Assembly (NCBI GenBank): GCA_027923505.1 | Contig: BROI01000006.1 | Span: 558,001 to 622,000 of the forward strand | Direction of reading: 5' to 3' | Length of the DNA stretch: 64,000 nt | From: Mayamaea pseudoterrestris | Taxonomy: Eukaryota | Part shown: piece by piece, positions 56,764 to 64,000 of the stretch | Numbering within the stretch: position 1 is the stretch's first letter | Layout: each line of letters opens with the position of its first letter | Notes under the pieces: model-generated | Told to the model about the DNA's origin: nothing | Databases searched by the model: none | What the model saw: the letters and a program-made list of their open reading frames with translations, nothing else | Translations under genes and position numbers: made by a program

Positions 56764-59055
56764 ATGAGCGAGCGAGCGAGTCAACGACCATGGGAGAAGG
56801 GATCATTTAAGACTCCGTCTCCGCCGCTAACTGTAAACGAGACGCACATTCCTGCGACTCCCATCGCTAATCCCTCGCGCAACCCGTGTCTCAAACGTAA
56901 AATTTCCCATATGGAGAACTTCTTTCGCGAACTATTTCAGCAGCGAGCGCAGGCACAGGCACCTCCTGGTGCGGCTGGCGGAGACGATAACAACTCCGGC
57001 GCGAATAACAACGGAGCGATTGCGCCAGACGTTAATGTAACGGCTAATGCGGATGCTGAACCGAATGCTGTTCCCGTCTTTGTCTTTATGAGTCCCGATT
57101 ACATTATGGCAACCATTTTCGGCGGCCCCATGGGAGGCATGCCAGCAATGCCTGCTGGTATACCAGTCCCACCCAATTTCATGAACGCCGCCATGGCTGC
57201 CAGCATGATGCAGGAGCAACCAACGGGGTCGCCTCCAACGTCGGCCCGCGCCTTGCAGCAGCTGCCAATCATTTCCGTCACCTCGCACGATTTGATCGAG
57301 CCTGTGAATCGCGAGTGCTGCATTTGCTTGGCGGAGAACGAGTTGCACTCCAAAGTCCTGCGACTACCCTGCGCGCATATTTTGCATCCCGACTGCGCCA
57401 AGCAGTGGCTCACCAAGCATAACACTTGCCCAGTCTGCCGGTACGAGCTACCGACTGATTGTCCTCAATATGAGCAGGGTCGACTGGAACGCATGCGTAG
57501 TCGCAAGCCGCGGTTTGCCCGACATGAACTCGACCGCTTGAGCATTCGCGAACTCAAGGAATTGTTGAAGCGAGAGGATGTAGCGTCAGACGTGAGCAAG
57601 TACCATCCAGTTGACAAGAATGACTTGATCCAGTATTTGATTCAGTCGAATGTGATTGATTTAATACCGTCTCCACCACCAGTCGAGTATTGCTACACGG
57701 AGCTAAAGCAAATGAGCATTTCGCGTCTCAAGGAGGTGATGAATGACGCTGGCGTGTTTTTCAGCAAGGAGGATGTCGTTGAGAAGGATGATTTATTGCG
57801 TCTCTTTCTCATGAGCGGTCGCCTCACCGTTTTGTCCGAGGAAGAGACATTGCAAAAGCAAACGTCGCCAGATGGAAAGCCGACTGATGCGACAAAATTG
57901 CGCGAGCATCGCTCTCCTCCGCTCGTAGAGACTGTTTTCGACGATTCGGATGAAGAAAATTGCGACAATATGGATGAACGGGCGGATGCGGATCTGCTCA
58001 TGGAAGAGAATGATTCGTTTGAGCCAGCTGCTGCTCCAGACGGCATGATGGCCGAAACTGGCCAATACGAGGACGCCGACGAAATTCAAGTTGTACATTT
58101 GGGAGCTAATGATGCGGACATGGATGATATCATGGATGTTGACGAAGAAGAGATTCAGCGGGTCCAGTCTTCGTCCGGTGATTTGCAGATTTCTCAGTCG
58201 GTTGGCACGGAAACAATTCTAGGTGTAGCATTCGATGCCAATGAGCCAAGTCAAGGCACTGACCAAGCGGCTTCACGCACTCGCGTAATTTCGGATGCTT
58301 CGGTGGCGACGACAAGCAGCTCTGGCGGAGAAGTCAGCGAAGATAATGTTCGAATTGAAGATAATGGATTAAGCCAAGGAGGAAATTTGGATGGCGAGCA
58401 TGTGGACTATGACCACAATGCGAACGATGCATCGCTCTCTCGTAAACGCCAGCGCCGGTTGGACGAGGCCGCCATTTCCTCATTGACAGAAGAGGAAGCA
58501 TGCGACGGGGACGGCGGTGGCATGGAGGAGAACCAACAGACTGTTCATCAAAATCAAAGTGTTGAGATTCAAGTCACCGAACCTCCTTATCCGACCATGG
58601 ATCATTCCGAATCAGAAATTGTCCAACGTTTTCAAGCACTTGGCATTAATCAGTTGCAAGTCCTCGCACGAGAATACTCGGTGGACACGACAAACTGCCT
58701 CGAAAAGGGTGACATTATTGATCGCTTGGTAGCATTCGACCAGTCCCGCGCCGTCAACACCACGTTTGAAGATTGGGGCTGCGGTGAAATGCGCGCTCTT
58801 GCGTCCCTAGTCGACGTTGACTTGTCGCAAACAACATGTCGCCACGAAATGATTGGAACCTTGCACGACGAAGTGAGTCGCCGACCCCATGCTGGTCGAT
58901 ATCTATTGGCACTGGCTCCACTGGCGCGCTTGACCACGGCCCAGCTGCAGGCGGTCGCCCGCGCGTGGGTGGTGAATGTTTCCGATTGCTTGGAGCGAGG
59001 TGAAATTATCCACCGCTTGGTGTTTGCGGCGCAGAATCGCGAGTATGCTCGGTAG
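56764..59055 (+). CDS. RING-H2 E3 ubiquitin ligase with repeated SAP-like helical motifs
   Basis: ECCICL...LPCAHILHPDCAKQWL..HNTCPVCRYELPTD; repeats such as LSIRELKELL..DKNDLI and CLEKGDIIDRL. Confidence 0.85.
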   Translation: MSERASQRPWEKGSFKTPSPPLTVNETHIPATPIANPSRNPCLKRKISHMENFFRELFQQRAQAQAPPGAAGGDDNNSGANNNGAIAPDVNVTANADAEPNAVPVFVFMSPDYIMATIFGGPMGGMPAMPAGIPVPPNFMNAAMAASMMQEQPTGSPPTSARALQQLPIISVTSHDLIEPVNRECCICLAENELHSKVLRLPCAHILHPDCAKQWLTKHNTCPVCRYELPTDCPQYEQGRLERMRSRKPRFARHELDRLSIRELKELLKREDVASDVSKYHPVDKNDLIQYLIQSNVIDLIPSPPPVEYCYTELKQMSISRLKEVMNDAGVFFSKEDVVEKDDLLRLFLMSGRLTVLSEEETLQKQTSPDGKPTDATKLREHRSPPLVETVFDDSDEENCDNMDERADADLLMEENDSFEPAAAPDGMMAETGQYEDADEIQVVHLGANDADMDDIMDVDEEEIQRVQSSSGDLQISQSVGTETILGVAFDANEPSQGTDQAASRTRVISDASVATTSSSGGEVSEDNVRIEDNGLSQGGNLDGEHVDYDHNANDASLSRKRQRRLDEAAISSLTEEEACDGDGGGMEENQQTVHQNQSVEIQVTEPPYPTMDHSESEIVQRFQALGINQLQVLAREYSVDTTNCLEKGDIIDRLVAFDQSRAVNTTFEDWGCGEMRALASLVDVDLSQTTCRHEMIGTLHDEVSRRPHAGRYLLALAPLARLTTAQLQAVARAWVVNVSDCLERGEIIHRLVFAAQNREYAR

Positions 59056-59335
59056 ATTTGTAGTAGTGTAGCACATGTAATTAAAATGTAAAGCATGAGA
59101 CAGATGATTGCGAGCGTTAACTATCGTCGTTTGAGAGACTTTTTATACGATACTTATAGCGCAGTATCGCCAACTTGCAAGCACTGCCAAGGTAGCTCTT
59201 GGTCACACTGCGACGTGCACAAGATTTTCGGCGTGACAACCATCGATCCATTCGCTTCGACAGCTGGCGACTTGCTCAGCTCACTGTTTCTGCAATTATC
59301 AATCAATTCTCCATCTTATTTAACTATTTATTTTT

Positions 59336-61213
59336 ATGAAGAATCTTGTCGCTGCTGTAGCGTTTCTGACGTTTGGCTCCGTCGACGCCTTTGTCAGTTC
59401 AGGGCGCACCGCTTTGACACCGCGACGCCGCTACTCCTTGTTAACTCCGCGACACGTAGCGACAACACCACCGGCACCAATTCTGGCAGCCCAAGATGCT
59501 CACGATGACGACTGTCCATACAAGGATACATACGAATTGAACAAGGCGCTGCGGAAACTAGCGAGTCTCAAGGGCGATGCAGACGATCATGTTGATGACG
59601 ACGAAACGGAATCGCACGGCAAACGCTTCGACCACGCTGATACATCAGCGTCCATGATTGCTAAAGCCGCATCCTGTCAGGAGGAATGGGAAAAGTATAG
59701 GTTTCGGCAAAATGGCAGCGTTCAAGCCGACTTGTTTAGTTTGAATACCGTGCTCAAAGCGTGGAGTCGGTGCGCGCAATTTTTGGCCGAGCAGCGTTCG
59801 CATAGCGGCAGCAGCGGCAGTCAGCAGCAGCCGGTATCTATGGATCGCACCGTGAACAATGCTGTTTCCGCGCAAGCAGTGACTGCGAATGGATTAAGTA
59901 GCAGCAGCAAGAGCTTGTCCATTTACTCTATTTACACGGCGCAGGAGGCAGCGCAGCGGGCGACGGACTTGCTGGTCCAGCAGGAGAACGAGGCCAAGGC
60001 AGACAAGACTGCATCCATCGCTGCTCCAAACGCTGCGTCGTACAATATCTGCATGGATTGTTGGAGCAAGTGTCGAAGACCAGAGAGTCCCGATCAAGTG
60101 GAGGAGTTGTTTGAGCGAATGCAACGCAACAAGGCACTGCAACCTACTGTGATGACATATAATGCACTGATAGAAGCGCATGCTCATTCTGATAGACTAG
60201 ATCGCATGGAGCGAATACTGGAGTTGTGGAAGGAGATTGATGATGCTACTGACATTCAGCCGTCCGTTTGGACCTTTAATGCATTATTGTATGCCTATAG
60301 TCGAGCTGGAAAGATGCAATACGACAAACTAAAGCAACAGCAACAATCATCATCGGAAAGTGTTATCGAAATGAGTCCTCACTACGCAGCAAAGGAATGT
60401 CTTTTGCTTTTGAAGCGAATGAAAACGTCGTTTGCTGAAACAAACAGCACCGACGACCGGCCCGATATCATGACTTACAGCATTATCATTGAAGCACTAG
60501 GCCGATGCGGGTCGCCCGACATGACGCGCAAGGCCGAGGAACTACTGGAGGAAGTCAAGCGGATACCGTACTTGCAACCAACCTCGTACACGTACGCTGG
60601 TGTGTTGTCGGCTTGGGCGCGCACGAGATTGCCAGAGGCGCAGGAACGCGCCGATGCCTTGCTGCAGGAAGTGTTGGACAAAAAGTTGGCAAATACAAAG
60701 ACCTTTACAACAACCATACAAGCATGGAGTCGATCGGACTCACCAAAAAAGGCTGCGCGATGTCTCGAGTTGTTGAAGCAAATGAAGGAGATGAAAGCCT
60801 CCGGAGTAAGAGTGGTTTCACCAGACTCGTTCGCCTATCAAATTGTCATTGATGCTTGCGCAAGCGTCAAGGGCAACGCGATTCAGCAGAATGCAGCGTT
60901 GCGAATTGCATTTGCTGTGTTCAAGTCGATGCAACTCGATACAAGCGTTCATATTGGCCATTCCATTTTCTCTAGTCTCTTGAATGCAGCAGCCCGACTT
61001 CTTCCGCCTGGCGAGGAACGAAGTCAAGTTGCATCTGCAGTCTTTGAAAAGGCAATCGCCGCGCAGAAGGTGGACAATCGAGTGATTTGGTCCATGCGGC
61101 AGGGAGCGGACGCAAGCACCGTGCAGAAACTCTTGGCTTTGACGGGAAGTCAACCAGATACGAGCGTTGTCAAGAAACCATCAAGCACCACTTGGCAAAG
61201 CCGGACCAAGTAA
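59336..61213 (+). CDS. Pentatricopeptide-repeat (PPR) protein, plastid-type presequence
   Basis: Repeats SLNTVLKAWS, PNAASYNICMDCWS, PTVMTYNALIEA, PDIMTYSIIIEA, PTSYTYAGVLSAW; VDA-F presequence. Confidence 0.88.
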   Translation: MKNLVAAVAFLTFGSVDAFVSSGRTALTPRRRYSLLTPRHVATTPPAPILAAQDAHDDDCPYKDTYELNKALRKLASLKGDADDHVDDDETESHGKRFDHADTSASMIAKAASCQEEWEKYRFRQNGSVQADLFSLNTVLKAWSRCAQFLAEQRSHSGSSGSQQQPVSMDRTVNNAVSAQAVTANGLSSSSKSLSIYSIYTAQEAAQRATDLLVQQENEAKADKTASIAAPNAASYNICMDCWSKCRRPESPDQVEELFERMQRNKALQPTVMTYNALIEAHAHSDRLDRMERILELWKEIDDATDIQPSVWTFNALLYAYSRAGKMQYDKLKQQQQSSSESVIEMSPHYAAKECLLLLKRMKTSFAETNSTDDRPDIMTYSIIIEALGRCGSPDMTRKAEELLEEVKRIPYLQPTSYTYAGVLSAWARTRLPEAQERADALLQEVLDKKLANTKTFTTTIQAWSRSDSPKKAARCLELLKQMKEMKASGVRVVSPDSFAYQIVIDACASVKGNAIQQNAALRIAFAVFKSMQLDTSVHIGHSIFSSLLNAAARLLPPGEERSQVASAVFEKAIAAQKVDNRVIWSMRQGADASTVQKLLALTGSQPDTSVVKKPSSTTWQSRTK

Positions 61214-61795
61214 TTGAAATCATGGCTCTGACTTCCTTTCTAAAGTCATTGTGTGGCCCAACTACATCACATCACACGGCAGTAGTGAAGGTTGGGGCAA
61301 AGACGTGTGGACGCAAATCGTCAGATTGCGCAAGCCAACGGACAAGATAAAAAACGTTTAAATGGTCGCATGTGCATCATTCCGCAACATTCCTGTGCTA
61401 ATCTGCAAGAAGTGCTTCCTGATATGACTGTGAAGTAATTTATGTTTCACCGGTTAGCATACTTAATCAAGTGTTAATGTCAGCAATTTTTATTACAGCA
61501 ACTACTTTGCTGTTGCCACTGGTTCTCATACAAAGCAAGCAGCCAATGGAATACACAGTTACGTTAGTTTACTTCGCTGCTGCCACACGTTACAAACAAC
61601 AAACGATGAAATATGGAACTGAAAGTTTATACGCGCTAATACTACGATTGTAAACATATGACCAAACTTGTGATTTACCGTAACGAACAGATCAAAGGGA
61701 TGCGAAAAACTGGACGGATGCGTTAAAGCTGCGGTTGGAGACTGTAGCCGCTGTTGCAACATAGATTAATAGATATCAAACGTATTAAAGCGTCG

Positions 61796-62357
61796 CTAGT
61801 TTCGATCATCCTCCTTTTGACCCTTTTTGGCGTCTTGATACATGGGAGCCACGCGAAAATCCAATCGTTCCACTCCCAAGTAACCAATGAAACATATCAG
61901 AGTGACAAACTGCGCCGCCACCCGATACTTCATCATTTTCTGACTTCGCACTGGATCGCGTTTCTGAAAGCTGCGAATACCCGAAATCAAAAAGTATGCC
62001 GTTGCTGCACATCCTATCGGTACGAGTGGTTGCTGGCGAAACTAAGAATTAGAGATACAAGAATGCGATTGGTGAGAAAGGAAAGAAAACAAATGTGACA
62101 CGCAAATTGCCGTTCATAACGAAGAAACTGCAGGCTCACAAAGCCCTTTGACCGATAAGCCAGTCTTATCGTTCTCCAAGCATCGTTGTCATTTTTCTTC
62201 ATACCTTTCTATACATCTTTTCCTCGTTTGTCTCGACTTTTCGTAGCGTTGGCGGCGGTGCTGCTGCGCCGCTTCCATAGAAAGGATCGCTATTGGACTC
62301 GCAGTATGCGCGCGGAGCTGGAGACAATATCCCTCGACTGCTGTGCGCTGACCCCAT
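61796..62357 (-). CDS. HIG1-domain / Rcf1-like mitochondrial protein; 2 exons, intron 62042-62204
   Basis: Spliced product EEKMYRK|FRQQPLVPIGCAATAYFLISGIRSF...SQKMMKYRVAAQF matches the HIG1 consensus. Confidence 0.88.
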
Positions 62358-62959
62358 GATATGATTGCAAAGTAGCTTGTTCAAAGACGAGCTGGCTGCC
62401 AGTTTTATCGCCCTCAACGAACACGATCAAAGCAAGCGAATGTGAATGAGTCGACGGATCGTCGTCGAAACTAAACGTCACAGCGGTTCTGATATTTTCG
62501 CGCCCATTTTGAAGTGCGATCTTGGTGCCGCGACGGCGCGAAAACGGACGCGCGCCATGCGCCCATTTCCATAGCATGCAACGCCAACCGCAGCAAGTCT
62601 CGCCACTTTAAAGTGGCTGCCAACGCCCAAATTGTGGACCACCAACGACGGCTTGGCGACTCTCATCGTGCACTGCGTGCCAAAATGACTGATACTACTT
62701 GTCCGTCGATGAGGACAAGATTCATTATTCAAGTCATAAGCAAGCGACCGCCAACTGCGCCGACTGTAATCGCGTGCAACAACGACTTGATCTTGTTTAC
62801 ACGTTAACCATCAAGCTGCGAGTTGCATTTATTTGTAAACGAAACGATATTTGACGAGTCAATCAGACTGACTGGCAAGAAAGATCTCTTCAAACGACTC
62901 TGGCAATCGTACTGCCTTCAGAACAGCAATTTCCGACTTGTAAACGTTTGCGCTTTAAC

Positions 62960-63385
62960 ATGCCACCTTTGGAGCGATTCCCCTCAACTCTTGACACGTC
63001 AAGCTTTCTTTCCGTAGTTGACAGCCAGAGCCACTCGAGCAAGTCTTGCCATGAAACATTTACACGCATAGATCTTCGGAAAGTTGCAGTGCATGCTCAT
63101 CGAGACTTGGTGTGCAAGACTAATCCACTGCTTGAAACACGGTCGACTCAACATACGTCTGAAAAGGAACAGGACACCAACATGGATTGGGTAGACTTGT
63201 TTACGACGTGGTGCTCCTGTCGACCAATGTCGGAACGTCCGCGCAAGCGATCGGCTGTTGGAAGCACCAAGAATATCATGTATCCAGTGGCTCGATACCC
63301 AGATCGTTTGAACAGTCCACATTTGGTGCAACGCAGACGAAAGAGTATTGAACAGCACCTAATGTTTCGGCCAGTTGTGGAATGA
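62960..63385 (+). CDS. Possible small hypothetical protein
   Basis: ATG-started ORF of ~141 aa between two genes; no motif recognised. Confidence 0.3.
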   Translation: MPPLERFPSTLDTSSFLSVVDSQSHSSKSCHETFTRIDLRKVAVHAHRDLVCKTNPLLETRSTQHTSEKEQDTNMDWVDLFTTWCSCRPMSERPRKRSAVGSTKNIMYPVARYPDRLNSPHLVQRRRKSIEQHLMFRPVVE

Positions 63386-63580
63386 GAAAGTGCGCTTGTG
63401 GAATAGTTCACGGACATTGCGGAGAGCGATGTGGCTTGCGCTTAAGAAACAACGTGAGATCCAAATGTATACTGAGTATAACTTGCTATGATGCGCAAAC
63501 TAATAAATGTAAATTAAATGTCTAGGAATTTGGAGTAGATGGTCACACTGGGTGACCACTGTAGTTTAAGAAGCGGTAGC

Positions 63581-64000
63581 TTATGCGCTGATTGCGCCGG
63601 CAGTGGCTCGCATTTCATTCTTCATTTCCTCTTCACCTTCCCATCCTTCAAACCACGCAACACCATGCTTTCGTGTGCCATCAAACACGTTGCGTCCGTG
63701 CATGCACTTGTAGTTGTCGAGCAATACAACATCGCCGTGCCTCATCTTGATGAAGCGAACATTCTTCATGGTAACTTCGTCAAGGTGCTTGAGCTGCTCG
63801 TCCGTCAATTCACCGTCGTCGCCAAAGAACATGTCAGACTTGTTGATTTGTGATGCACCATCCTCGAATCGCTCGGCGCCGTATCTGCAATCAAATTAAA
63901 TTAGCAAGATTAACAACGGAACACGCTATGCCATGCCATCATCGCATGGTTATACTCACATTGCTTCACGATCCTTTCGCAGCTTGCTCGAATGCGAATG
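63581..64000 (-). CDS. Partial (3' end) TauD/clavaminate synthase-like Fe(II)/2-oxoglutarate dioxygenase; intron 63885-63959
   Basis: FFGDDGEL...GDVVLLDNYKCMHGRNVFDGTRK C-terminal motif; gene continues past the window end. Confidence 0.78.

Noticed and set aside
1..64000. Transposons, CRISPR arrays, rRNA, or a prokaryotic origin
   Set aside because: No transposase, RT or integrase motifs, terminal repeats or spaced repeats were seen. Spliceosomal introns and eukaryote-specific genes occur throughout.

Overview
Gene-dense eukaryotic nuclear DNA, most likely from a diatom or related stramenopile. The evidence is short GT-AG introns, short intergenic gaps, and several bipartite signal-peptide plus 'A/S-F' plastid presequences (SufD, HemE, LPAAT, PPR, TrmB-like). 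It holds about 30 protein-coding genes and one tRNA-Pro(CGG); I see no transposon, CRISPR array or rRNA. The standout is an intronless 2123-aa B12-dependent methionine synthase (MetH) whose N-terminal extension, homocysteine-binding domain and folate-binding domain are tandemly duplicated in frame. Both copies keep their catalytic motifs, differ heavily at synonymous sites, and share one cobalamin and one reactivation module. Other notable items: a standalone homocysteine S-methyltransferase, a divergent IscU/SufU-like protein next to SDH2, a lipoyl-like domain without its lysine fused to TPR repeats, a Myb gene missed by the ORF track, a decayed kinase pseudogene, and a membrane-anchored atypical kinase. 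All calls come from motif recognition by eye; no database searches were run.
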